Positions 30,141 to 39,728 of a stretch of DNA of 64,000 nt are shown here, in pieces. Where the stretch lies: IMG/VR virus record IMGVR_UViG_3300031555_005503, positions 41,352 to 105,351 of that record. The stretch is one strand, 5' to 3'. Both the position numbers and the translations under genes were made by a program. Each line of letters opens with the position of its first letter. Position 1 is the stretch's first letter. The notes beneath the pieces are model-generated. The model was given only the letters and a program-made list of their open reading frames with translations, was not told the DNA's origin and did not search any database. The stretch comes from a virus. Lineage: Duplodnaviria; Heunggongvirae; Uroviricota; Caudoviricetes.

Positions 30141-30533
30141 TTAAGCCTTAGTTTTTCTCTTCTTTTCATCTACCCCTCTTTCTCTTTTAAAAAGCCATAT
30201 GACATGATTTGCCACTCTTATGATAATATTCTTGTCTTCATCTTTTAAACGGTGATATAAATCAAACCCTGTTGTCCCATCAAAATCATGAAAGACGTAT
30301 CCATATTGTGTGGCTGTTTTTATATCTCCTTTATATTCGGATTGTCTTTGTGCTAAGAAGTAGGCTACTTTGTCATATTGATGATCTGTAAAAATCGAAT
30401 CATCGTTTTCGTAATAAATATAACTATTTACAATAATCCATCGTTGTAAGAAGCTAAGATATTCTTCTTCTGACATGTCACTTGGAGGTTTTAATAAATG
30501 TTTAATACTAATCATATTTGACGTTGATTTCAT
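30141..30533 (-). CDS. hypothetical protein with LigA domain-Ia-like (NMN-binding) N-terminal motif
   Basis: YIYYENDDSIFTDHQYD fits the Y(x)3D(x)3I(x)D(x)2YD pattern of YHVMDAPEIPDAEYD in NAD-ligase domain Ia. Confidence 0.3.
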   Translation of the reverse strand: MKSTSNMISIKHLLKPPSDMSEEEYLSFLQRWIIVNSYIYYENDDSIFTDHQYDKVAYFLAQRQSEYKGDIKTATQYGYVFHDFDGTTGFDLYHRLKDEDKNIIIRVANHVIWLFKRERGVDEKKRKTKA

Positions 30534-31455
30534 CTAATACATGTCCCATTCCAAGACCTTCTCTATTAGGCTGCCAAACTCCATTCTCATCATATTCTCC
30601 CCCTTGAATACAATATTTATATAATTTAGGATGAGTTTCTTTAAGACGTTGGAATCTATTTGGCTCCTTTTCAAGATGAGCGCCAAAGCCACAAAATACA
30701 CACCCGGTACGATCACACCCGGTAAGGTAATATCTTCCTTGTTCGTCTTGTTTGATCTCGCCATATACAGATGCATATGGTACATCAAATTCTTTCAAAT
30801 ATTGAAGAATATCTTGTTCAAGCCATATTGATAATGGCTTTGAAGATGGTGTTTTCTCTGTAAATGAATTACAACCATATTTAATATATTGAGATCTTCT
30901 TTGTCTGCTCTCTTCGGCCATTATGCCTATATATGGCTTACGACCTGATTCTTTACCATATTTTTTTATAGGACTTTTCTTCATGTGATAGCAGCATTTA
31001 TCAGATATTTTGAAGTCAGTGTTTAAAAGGAATTTCCATTTCGATTTATCAAACATAGATGTTTTCCCATTCTTTAATTTATCGGCTGTACCCATTAACT
31101 GTTTAAGACGCGAACACTCTTTACCATTTTTTAAAGCCACACGGCCATATTCTATTGCAGAAGCCACATCTTTACTAATAATAGGATATCCATACATAGT
31201 TAATATCTGATCAAATCGTATCTTAGGTCTTACAATTACATCTGCTCTTTCTCTTGCGAAAGCTCTAACTTCAGGATATTCTAATCCCGTATCGGAAAAT
31301 ACGACCGGCACATCTGGATACATTTCTTTAACTAAATGCATTAATACAGTGCTATCTTTTCCGCCACTAAATGATATATAAACTTGTCCATCCCAATACT
31401 CATACCACTCTTTAATTCTTTGTTTTGCTAATGTAATTTTGGCTTCAAGTGGCAA
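30508..31455 (-). CDS. phosphoadenosine-phosphosulfate reductase family (PP-loop) protein
   Basis: PP-loop SFSGGKDS. C-terminal Cys cluster CDRTGCVFCGFG. Confidence 0.65.
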   Translation of the reverse strand: MPLEAKITLAKQRIKEWYEYWDGQVYISFSGGKDSTVLMHLVKEMYPDVPVVFSDTGLEYPEVRAFARERADVIVRPKIRFDQILTMYGYPIISKDVASAIEYGRVALKNGKECSRLKQLMGTADKLKNGKTSMFDKSKWKFLLNTDFKISDKCCYHMKKSPIKKYGKESGRKPYIGIMAEESRQRRSQYIKYGCNSFTEKTPSSKPLSIWLEQDILQYLKEFDVPYASVYGEIKQDEQGRYYLTGCDRTGCVFCGFGAHLEKEPNRFQRLKETHPKLYKYCIQGGEYDENGVWQPNREGLGMGHVLDEINVKYD

Positions 31456-31583
31456 CGATTGTTTTTGCTTTAAATATGATGAACGAAGTTGTTTTTCTTC
31501 TTTCTCTATTTTTTTACCCCTTATTTTTTCAAAAAACCAATGAGGCCGAAGTTTTACTCCAGCCTCAAATGTATTAAACTCGT

Positions 31584-32405
31584 TTATCTATTATCTACTA
31601 TCGTACTCGCACCTTTAATTTCAACCCAACCATGCTTGATTCTGGCTTCCATTTCCATTTTCTTTAAGAGCTCGTCTGTAATAGATTCTGCAATAATTTT
31701 ATTTGCCTTAGCTTCTGCTTCTGCTTTAACTTTTTTAGTTTCAGCTTCAATTTTCTGTTTTTCTAATTCCTGCTTAGCAGCTTCAATTTCCTGTGCTTTT
31801 TTACTTCTTTCATTGATAGCCTGCTTAATTGCCTTTTCCGGTTCAGCTCTTGGCAATGTCGCTGATTCAACAATTACACCATATGGCTTTAACTTTTCTT
31901 GTAAATGTTTTGTTAATTCAGTATTAACCTCGGACTTCTTATCCATATAAGCTTCAAGGACTGTATATTCTGAAGTAACTTCATTTACGTATGTACGAGC
32001 CTTACTCTTGATTCTTGAATTAACAATATCTTCACCAGAAAGACCTCTATACTTAGTTGCGATGGTTGGGATGTCTTCTGCATTGAAATGATATGACATT
32101 TCTAAATCAACATTTAAAACACCATCCTGGCATGTCGCATTAAACGCTTCATTTTCTTCAGAACCATCTCTTTCGTCTTTAGTCATTAATAATTGTTCTG
32201 TAGCTATTGAGTATTTAGTCACCTTTTTATGCGGCGCTATAAAATGCCAACCTTCACTTAATACTTCATCGGAAGTACCACCTCTGATTGAATATACAGA
32301 TCCTACATGTCCTCGTGGAATCTTTTCAATAGATAAAATACCAATAATTAATGCTAATAGTAATAACGGAATAATGATATAAAATGCTTTCCCTTTTTTA
32401 TTCAC
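31584..32405 (-). CDS. SPFH/band-7 (prohibitin/stomatin-like) membrane protein
   Basis: N-terminal TM segment. SPFH-like core. Coiled-coil Ala/Glu/Lys-rich C-terminus. Probable GTG start at 32405. Confidence 0.65.
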   Translation of the reverse strand: MNKKGKAFYIIIPLLLLALIIGILSIEKIPRGHVGSVYSIRGGTSDEVLSEGWHFIAPHKKVTKYSIATEQLLMTKDERDGSEENEAFNATCQDGVLNVDLEMSYHFNAEDIPTIATKYRGLSGEDIVNSRIKSKARTYVNEVTSEYTVLEAYMDKKSEVNTELTKHLQEKLKPYGVIVESATLPRAEPEKAIKQAINERSKKAQEIEAAKQELEKQKIEAETKKVKAEAEAKANKIIAESITDELLKKMEMEARIKHGWVEIKGASTIVDNR

Positions 32406-32557
32406 TATCGTCTTCTACCCTTTCCTCATCTAAATTCTCTATAAATGTGTCAACAAAATCCGTGGCTTTATTATAAATTTTATCGCCGCTAAAATAACAA
32501 ATGCCAGCCGCTATAACAGCTAAAGCTATAATTGTTAATAAACCTAATACAATCATT
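32398..32557 (-). CDS. small membrane protein (52 aa), translationally coupled to the SPFH gene
   Basis: MIVLGLLTIIALAVIAAGICYF... The stop overlaps the SPFH start (GTGAATAA). Too short to appear in the ORF track. Confidence 0.3.
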
Positions 32558-32572
32558 TTTTACATCACTCCT

Positions 32573-33742
32573 TTACAAATCCCAATCTTCATCTCTTACT
32601 GCAAAAGCATCTCCTCTTTGAATAATATCTGGATAATTTTTAAGCGCTATTTGCATAGCATAATTGTCTATTTCATACGCATAGTATTTAATATTAGTGA
32701 ACCCCATCTTATCTAAGCAATATCTTCCGGTTCCAATACCATCGTACATAGATAAAACAATAATCTCTTCATCTCGTGGAATATCTTTTAATACACCATC
32801 TAGAATATGTATAATGACTTCAGCAGTCCAACCATTGCCAAGTCCTTTATATCGCTGTGTATTACTTACTCCTGCAGTATAATTATCCGGCAATGTTTGT
32901 AATCGCTCGCATTCTATTGGTGATAATTTTCTTATGATGTAATAACCATCTTGAAGTTTAATAGGATATTTTTGCTCCTTAATTTCAATAGCTCCATCTT
33001 TTACACAATAAACATTTTCACCACGAATATTAGATACTTTTTCTGCACAAATATTATAAGGAACACCCTTATGTATATTAGCCGTTATACAACAAGCCTT
33101 ATCTTTTTCATCAGGTTTTTGCAAATAAGTCCAACGATCACTATATTTGCCATTAGTTCCACGTACCATATAATCTAATTCTCGTTCGCTTAGATGTTTT
33201 ATCGGAGTGGCATACAATCCTGTTTTGCCACCCTGTCCACCACCACCAGCATTAATTGTGACTGATTTTCCTTCAGGTGAATATATTCGATGGGCTTGAG
33301 CAGTACTGCCAATATCTCCTATACGAATTATCCCACCATCATGATCGGTAGCATTATCTCCAATAGTTTCAATACGATAGCCCTCTTCCATAAAAGGCTC
33401 ATTACTTTCTAAAATATCTTTCAATAAGATGCCTCTATCTTCAGGTTGCTCTACTTCCCAATTAAATACATAAAATCGTTGTCTATTCTGAGCTGAAACT
33501 AATGATGAATTTATATTCATTAAATCAGTTCCAAGCTCAGTGCAAATTTGAGACTTTATAGCCTCTGATGCAGATTTATTATTTTCATATAAGAAATAAT
33601 CTGGTTGAAATTTTTCTTTAGCTATTAAATAATTCTTAAATAACTCCCAACCTTGGCCTGCAGCTTCTATCTCTCGATTCTTTTTTTGAGCGATAGACCA
33701 ATGAGTACAGGGTGATCCCCCTAATAACAGTTTTATTGTCAA
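32573..33742 (-). CDS. DNA (cytosine-5)-methyltransferase, circularly permuted motif order
   Basis: Motif IV GGSPCTHWS sits at the N-terminus. It is followed by VI (FLYENN), VIII (QNRQRF), IX (RKLSPIECERLQTLPDNYT) and X (GLGNGWT). Motif I (MYDGIGTG) and motif II (YEIDNYA) lie at the C-terminus. Confidence 0.7.
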   Translation of the reverse strand: MTIKLLLGGSPCTHWSIAQKKNREIEAAGQGWELFKNYLIAKEKFQPDYFLYENNKSASEAIKSQICTELGTDLMNINSSLVSAQNRQRFYVFNWEVEQPEDRGILLKDILESNEPFMEEGYRIETIGDNATDHDGGIIRIGDIGSTAQAHRIYSPEGKSVTINAGGGGQGGKTGLYATPIKHLSERELDYMVRGTNGKYSDRWTYLQKPDEKDKACCITANIHKGVPYNICAEKVSNIRGENVYCVKDGAIEIKEQKYPIKLQDGYYIIRKLSPIECERLQTLPDNYTAGVSNTQRYKGLGNGWTAEVIIHILDGVLKDIPRDEEIIVLSMYDGIGTGRYCLDKMGFTNIKYYAYEIDNYAMQIALKNYPDIIQRGDAFAVRDEDWDL

Positions 33743-33879
33743 ATAAATTTAAAAGGAAATCCGGATTTATTGTGGCCACAACCTTATCTCCTTTCATTTT
33801 TATTTAAGATTTATATAAAATTTCAGATTGACAGACTATTAACTAAACTTTTTATACTTCTAAGCTTTTAACATTTTAA

Positions 33880-34410
33880 TCATCTCAATCTTTCTCTTAA
33901 CCAATACATAAATGTACTGTAAATCCATAATCCAGATTGATTCTTATCTGGCATAAACATAATTTCCAACTCATATCGATGATTGAAAGTATGTAACGTT
34001 GCTAAATAAGATTTAGCTGCATATTCAGATCTATAATTTCCTTTCACTATATCGTCGTATGTATTTCCTTCAATAAGTAAATATTTTTTCCCAGGAAATG
34101 TAGCCATTTCTTCTTCAAACCTGGTGCGACTCTTAGTGAAATTGCCAGCAAGCTCGTCCACTGAATTTTTTCGCTCAATAATAATTTCACCGTCAAAATA
34201 AAGATCTCGATCAATATTCAAATCTGGATTTTTAGGAATGTAAAAACTATAATCTCCATTGTTTAGCGCTTTGGATTTCCAAGTAATATTTTTTTTATCG
34301 AAGAAATCTGTAATATGATTATTTTTTTGTTCACGCGTATCTACTAAAACACCTATAGATTTCAATAGCACACCTTTTTCTTTGTCCGTATATTTATAAT
34401 ACTGAAGCAA
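33880..34410 (-). CDS. ERCC4-type (XPF/Mus81/Hef-like) nuclease
   Basis: VDTREQ...GDYSF...IIIERKNSVDEL matches the ERCC4 nuclease signature. Confidence 0.5.
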   Translation of the reverse strand: MLQYYKYTDKEKGVLLKSIGVLVDTREQKNNHITDFFDKKNITWKSKALNNGDYSFYIPKNPDLNIDRDLYFDGEIIIERKNSVDELAGNFTKSRTRFEEEMATFPGKKYLLIEGNTYDDIVKGNYRSEYAAKSYLATLHTFNHRYELEIMFMPDKNQSGLWIYSTFMYWLRERLR

Positions 34411-37400
34411 CTATTTCACCTCGCTCCATTGCTTTAATATGGTTTCATATTCATCAATCTGTTCAAATCCACCACCAGCTTTTTTCTTCCATTTCCTTTC
34501 TTTGCTTGCCTCTACTGTTTTAATAACTTGTCCAATTTCTAGCGGATGTCCTTCAAATGTAGCACTCTTAACCTTGACTCTCTCAATTTCACCTGAGTTA
34601 AGTCTGTATAATGTTACTAAGCGATTTCGGAATTTGCTATTCACATCCATAACATAAGCAAAATCAGGAGTAAGTTTAGGAACGGTAATTCCGATATATC
34701 CTAAGTGCTCATTTTCATATTTAATTCTGTCACATATTGAGGTTTTAATATTTTGACTGTTATCAAGCTGCCTAATCATTTCCATTGTATCTTCAATCTT
34801 ATACAACTTCTCAGTTTCTGTATGCTCACACATCATGAGTGCGGCAATTTCTTCAGTTGTTAATTCCTCTTTTTTTAGCTGTTTTCGAGAAGAATACTTA
34901 TTGAAAAGATCAGTTTGATAAAGCAATTGATTTGGATTTCCAAATTCAGAAAAGAAATTTAATTTAATAAGAATTTCAAGTTGTCTAGAATCGACTGATG
35001 TTTCAGTATTAATAACATTAAGCAAATCATAAAAGTCAACAAATTCACGATCTCTTAATTCATATAACTGACGTGATATTTTTTTATTAAGATATTTAAT
35101 AGACTTCATGCCTTTATATACCGATTTGGTTTCTTTACTATAAGCATATTCCGGCAATGAATATCTAAATTTAATTGATTCAATTTTTATCCCTTGTTGC
35201 TTTGCATATTCTGTAATTTTAAGAGTTTTATCTTCTTTATCTTCAAATATGTTAAGCGCAGTAGTGATAAATTCATATGGATAATGATATCTAAGATATC
35301 CACAAATATAACCTATCCAACTATAAGGATCAGAGTGGTTAAGTGAGAAAAGATAATCGCTGGCATCTTCAATAACTTGTAGAAAATCAATAATAATTCG
35401 GTCAGCTTCTTCCTGATCAACACCATATTTATCTTTCATCGTTTTTATGAAGCCGGCTTTAATAAGAGGTATATCCTTTTCAGTTCCAGTCTTCTTAGCA
35501 AAATGACGACGAACAATATCAGCTTGACCCATTGTATAACCACAGAACATATGTAAAAATTGAATGATCTGTTCTTGGAAAACCATAAATCCTAAAGTCG
35601 AAGCCATCATTTCATTTAAAGCTTTATGACCGCAATCATTAAATTCACCTCTAGCCAGTTCTTCTCTATACGATGCTCCCGCCGGTCTAATTGCACCATT
35701 ACCAATTGAAAGAAGATCCATATAAGAAAAGTCGCGATTTTGTGCTCTGATTTTCTTTACGACTTCATCTGATAACAGTTTTTTTAGATATGCTGCAGCA
35801 GATTCTGACTCCCATTGAAAAATACAAGTAGTATTATCACGAATACTTTTAAACACTTCTTCTTCTAATGGTGTGTTATTTGGCGTTAATCGTTCAATGC
35901 CAATCATCTCGCAAGTCTTATTGATAAGACCAATATTATCTAACCCTAAAATATCAAGTTTTACAAAATTTAAAGAATCAATCTCTTTCATATTAAGTTG
36001 TGATATAGGATATTTATTAGTAGATGTTGTAAATGTTCCAAACCAATCTTCAACTGAATATGGTGCTACAACTACGCCTGCCGGATGGTTTCCTACTGAA
36101 ACAATTACATCCTGAACAATATCAACATATTTAAATACTTCAGGATATTCTATTCTTGCTTTATTTTCATCAACCTCAGCAACCCCAATAATCTCCTCGG
36201 CTATATGGATATATTCAGTTGGCTTCTCTTCTTTATACAGACCTCTACATATATCACGTATTGCACCTTTTAATTTAATCGTATTAAACGTGATAATATC
36301 GCAACAATATAACCCTCTTTTCTTATAAAGATAATTCTTAACCACTTCTCTATCTGGTGAATACCAATCGCTATCAACGTCTGCAAGAGAGATTCTTTCT
36401 TGGTTCATAAAACGTTGGAAGTTTAAATTGTGTTTAATACTATCAACTTCTGTTATACCAAACAGATATGCAATAATACTGCCCGAAACAGATCCTCTTG
36501 AATAACCTGGATAAATCCCCTTTTTTCGCATTGCTGCTTTGTAATCTTCCTCAAGAAGCATAAAGTCAATTGCTCCATTATGTTTATAGGTTGCAATTTC
36601 TTCTTTGATACGCTCTAAGTATTCTTGTTTATTTGGAAGTTTATCAATGCCTCGCCATTTAATACCCTCGACTATTTTTTTATGAAAAACTCTTTCAGAG
36701 TCATCATATAGCTTAGGATATTTAGTGCTGGTATCAATTGTGAATTCTTCAACCATTGAAGCCATTACATTAGTATTTTCTATTGCTTGTAAATAAACTT
36801 CAGGCTCAAGAGATTCTTGTTTGCAAAACGCATCAACTAATTCATCATAAGTTTTAAAGGAAAGATCCCATGCATCTTCATTTGCGAAATGAACATTCTT
36901 TCCTCTTTGCAATACTTTTCTAGCTTCTAAATGCTCATCATTGAGTGCATGTGTATCTGTGCCTGCAATTAAAGGGATTTCAAATTGTTTGCTAAGTTCA
37001 TACAATTCTTGATTGTATTTAATTTGTTCAGGCTCCATATGATGTTGAATTTCTAAGAAGCATCTATGTTTATTTTCAATCAGGAATTTAAGAAATTTAT
37101 TTTTAATTCCAGTATGTCCATTATGTAATATTCCGCCCAAACAAGCTGTTGTTATAATAATATTGTCACTTGTATTAACCAGCTCATCTATCGTAATTCT
37201 TGGATTATAATAGAAATGTCCATCTTCTCGATTAAATGATTTACTTGAAAGCATATTAATCTCTTTAAAGCCTTCATAGTTTTTTGCTATTAAAACACAA
37301 TGGTAATTATCTCTAACTTTTTCTGTTATTGAATTAGTAACATAAGCTTCTATTGCATGAATATATTTCATACCAGCCTTTTCAATATCTTGCTTCTTAT

Positions 37401-37560
37401 GCCACCATTCGAATACCGATCCATGTTCACTAAATGCAAGCGCGGTCATACCGCATTCTTTAGCTTTTGCAATATATTGTTTATACTTAGTTACACTATC
37501 AATATTAGTTACGCCAGAAGATAAATCTGAATGAAGATGAAATATTGTATAATTCAACAT
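34411..37560 (-). CDS. dnaE: DNA polymerase III alpha subunit (DnaE-type), PHP domain
   Basis: PHP motif HLHSDLS...AFSEHG. Length 1049 aa. Typical polymerase core. Confidence 0.8.
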   Translation of the reverse strand: MLNYTIFHLHSDLSSGVTNIDSVTKYKQYIAKAKECGMTALAFSEHGSVFEWWHKKQDIEKAGMKYIHAIEAYVTNSITEKVRDNYHCVLIAKNYEGFKEINMLSSKSFNREDGHFYYNPRITIDELVNTSDNIIITTACLGGILHNGHTGIKNKFLKFLIENKHRCFLEIQHHMEPEQIKYNQELYELSKQFEIPLIAGTDTHALNDEHLEARKVLQRGKNVHFANEDAWDLSFKTYDELVDAFCKQESLEPEVYLQAIENTNVMASMVEEFTIDTSTKYPKLYDDSERVFHKKIVEGIKWRGIDKLPNKQEYLERIKEEIATYKHNGAIDFMLLEEDYKAAMRKKGIYPGYSRGSVSGSIIAYLFGITEVDSIKHNLNFQRFMNQERISLADVDSDWYSPDREVVKNYLYKKRGLYCCDIITFNTIKLKGAIRDICRGLYKEEKPTEYIHIAEEIIGVAEVDENKARIEYPEVFKYVDIVQDVIVSVGNHPAGVVVAPYSVEDWFGTFTTSTNKYPISQLNMKEIDSLNFVKLDILGLDNIGLINKTCEMIGIERLTPNNTPLEEEVFKSIRDNTTCIFQWESESAAAYLKKLLSDEVVKKIRAQNRDFSYMDLLSIGNGAIRPAGASYREELARGEFNDCGHKALNEMMASTLGFMVFQEQIIQFLHMFCGYTMGQADIVRRHFAKKTGTEKDIPLIKAGFIKTMKDKYGVDQEEADRIIIDFLQVIEDASDYLFSLNHSDPYSWIGYICGYLRYHYPYEFITTALNIFEDKEDKTLKITEYAKQQGIKIESIKFRYSLPEYAYSKETKSVYKGMKSIKYLNKKISRQLYELRDREFVDFYDLLNVINTETSVDSRQLEILIKLNFFSEFGNPNQLLYQTDLFNKYSSRKQLKKEELTTEEIAALMMCEHTETEKLYKIEDTMEMIRQLDNSQNIKTSICDRIKYENEHLGYIGITVPKLTPDFAYVMDVNSKFRNRLVTLYRLNSGEIERVKVKSATFEGHPLEIGQVIKTVEASKERKWKKKAGGGFEQIDEYETILKQWSEVK

Positions 37561-38636
37561 TACAGAAAATCCTCCAAAGATCTTTGCTCTGCGAGTTTAT
37601 CTTCATTAAATTTCAACAAATGTTTACATGTTTTCCTATGATTGCATAAAAAATTACAGAAGAATGTATCTTCTTTTTTACCAAAACGTGTTTCTTTGTA
37701 AAAGTTTCTTGGTATCCATTTTCTATCCTGATCATCAATACTTTCAAATAATGAAATCATGTCATCGATATATTGCCTACATTCCTCGCGCACTTCATCA
37801 GTTAATTCATATTTTAGAATACAAGGCTTCATTACATAGCCTGACTTAATTTCATCTGGTAAAACATCTAATGAATTTATTTGATGTGCTTGCATCATAT
37901 ACATTTCGATGTCAATTTCATCATAACCTGCATCAATCAAATCATCTCTTATGTATTTTTCTAATTCACTTACAATTTTTCTACGATTAACCGTTTTAGT
38001 AATCTCAGTTTTTTCTTTTGAATTAGATCTTTTTTTACCCATAAAGGTAATATTCACATATTTTAAAAATATCCAAGCTAACTCATTAATCTCTATTCCC
38101 AATTGCTCCTTTGCCAGAGCATAAATTACGAGCTGTCTACCATGATGGATTAAATCTTCACCTGTATACATCGATGATGTTTTCCAGTCTAAAATCGATT
38201 GGACTGTTCCATCTTCACTATCATATCTAACTAAATCCGCATAGCCTTGTATGTAATGATCGTCATCGATTTTATATAATATAAATTCTTCTGTTTTGAA
38301 ATGCCCTTCAGGTTTTTCAAAATGTTCTACGAAGTGTGTCATATCTGCAATCCAATTCTGACGTATACTATCTCCGCCTTTAAAATCTTTAGGAAAATGC
38401 AAATCTAAAAGATCAAGCTGCTCCAAGTCTTTATTTAATGCTCGCTTTAAATCTTCTTTACTAGCCATATCGTTCATAATTTCTTCTAATTTATCATGAA
38501 CACAAGTACCTAAAATTCCATATACACTATCAGCACCTTTTTCTTTTTGTATATATGTCAGATATGCTTCATATGGGCAATTTTCTATCGTTGAAAGTTT
38601 TGAGAATGAATAGACTTTCTTTTTTGCATCATACAA
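37560..38636 (-). CDS. PD-(D/E)XK Cas4/RecB-like exonuclease with C-terminal Cys cluster
   Basis: Nuclease core DLVRYD...LDWKTS. C-terminal CNFLCNHRKTC. First and last ORF bases coincide with the neighbouring genes' stop and start codons (37560, 38636). Confidence 0.5.
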   Translation of the reverse strand: MYDAKKKVYSFSKLSTIENCPYEAYLTYIQKEKGADSVYGILGTCVHDKLEEIMNDMASKEDLKRALNKDLEQLDLLDLHFPKDFKGGDSIRQNWIADMTHFVEHFEKPEGHFKTEEFILYKIDDDHYIQGYADLVRYDSEDGTVQSILDWKTSSMYTGEDLIHHGRQLVIYALAKEQLGIEINELAWIFLKYVNITFMGKKRSNSKEKTEITKTVNRRKIVSELEKYIRDDLIDAGYDEIDIEMYMMQAHQINSLDVLPDEIKSGYVMKPCILKYELTDEVREECRQYIDDMISLFESIDDQDRKWIPRNFYKETRFGKKEDTFFCNFLCNHRKTCKHLLKFNEDKLAEQRSLEDFL

Positions 38637-38685
38637 TGCTTTTAATTCTGATGGTGTCTCTCTCTGTCCTATCTTCTCACCTCCC

Positions 38686-39672
38686 TTAACTCAACCATTT
38701 AACTTTATTTGTCATAAGCTCTCTTAAAGCTTTAACCCCTAAATCTGTAGGAGATGCTTTGCTTCCTTTTGGTAATATTTCATTATTTTCATCATAAATA
38801 TATCCGACTCTATTTTTAAACAAAGGATTATGTATTTTTAATTTCTTTGCTGACTCAATAATCATGTCTTCTTTCAGACCTTCATCAAAGCCTACAATTA
38901 AATTTTCAACCATTAATGCCTTTGCATATCGAGCCTGTGTATCTGAAATAGAATTTTTACATGTAGCAAGACCAAAATTATATCCCATAGAATCCATTTG
39001 CATTACCGATTTTTCAGATTCTAATATTAGACATGTTCGTTTTTGCTGTATAGCTGCATAATTCATATGATAACCATACAGAGTCAAACTTCTTGGGCAA
39101 GGAATTATAGGAAGCCAGCGTAATTCATCTGGGCAATTTCGGCTATTTAATCTTCCCATAATTCCAACAAGCTCGCCATTCATATTCCATTGAGGAATTG
39201 TTATTCGCAAACTTTCTAAGTCATAACCTATTTGAAATTTCTTCTGAGTATTATAGTTGATGCCATCTCTTAAAAACATTAAGTTATACTTGCCACTATA
39301 AGGGTCTAATATTGACTCATCATAAGTTATAATACTTAATTCTGGCTCACTATTTTCTTTTAAAATATCTTTATAATATCCACCAAATGGTAATTTTATG
39401 GAAGTAGTAAATTGAGACTTCTCCAATTTTAAGGCCTGAGCAACCCATGAAAGCGCCTGTGGAAAGCTTAAATTCAACTTTTCCATGATTAAAGAGTAAA
39501 TTGACCCTTTCTGGCCCGTAGAGAAGCAATTATAATACAGTGTATTTGTATCTATTTTAACTGACGATGGATTTCTACCTTCTTCTCTAGCACATCGAAC
39601 TTCATGCCTCATTTTATTGTAAGTAATCTCAGTAAGTTCTAAACTCTCCAATAAGGAGATGATAGCGTCCAC
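38686..39672 (-). CDS. DNA primase (DnaG/TOPRIM-like)
   Basis: Degenerate zinc-binding region at the N-terminus. TOPRIM-like VGFDEGLKED acidic motif. Position between helicase and polymerase. Confidence 0.45.
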   Translation of the reverse strand: MDAIISLLESLELTEITYNKMRHEVRCAREEGRNPSSVKIDTNTLYYNCFSTGQKGSIYSLIMEKLNLSFPQALSWVAQALKLEKSQFTTSIKLPFGGYYKDILKENSEPELSIITYDESILDPYSGKYNLMFLRDGINYNTQKKFQIGYDLESLRITIPQWNMNGELVGIMGRLNSRNCPDELRWLPIIPCPRSLTLYGYHMNYAAIQQKRTCLILESEKSVMQMDSMGYNFGLATCKNSISDTQARYAKALMVENLIVGFDEGLKEDMIIESAKKLKIHNPLFKNRVGYIYDENNEILPKGSKASPTDLGVKALRELMTNKVKWLS

Positions 39673-39728
39673 GTTACCTGCTAAATGTTCATTTAATTTT
39701 ATTACGTTTATCGCTATCCCTCCTTCCC

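Noticed and set aside
31489-31950. 153-aa + strand ORF
   Set aside because: It lies entirely antisense to the SPFH gene and is low-complexity and hydrophobic, with no RBS. Antisense artefact
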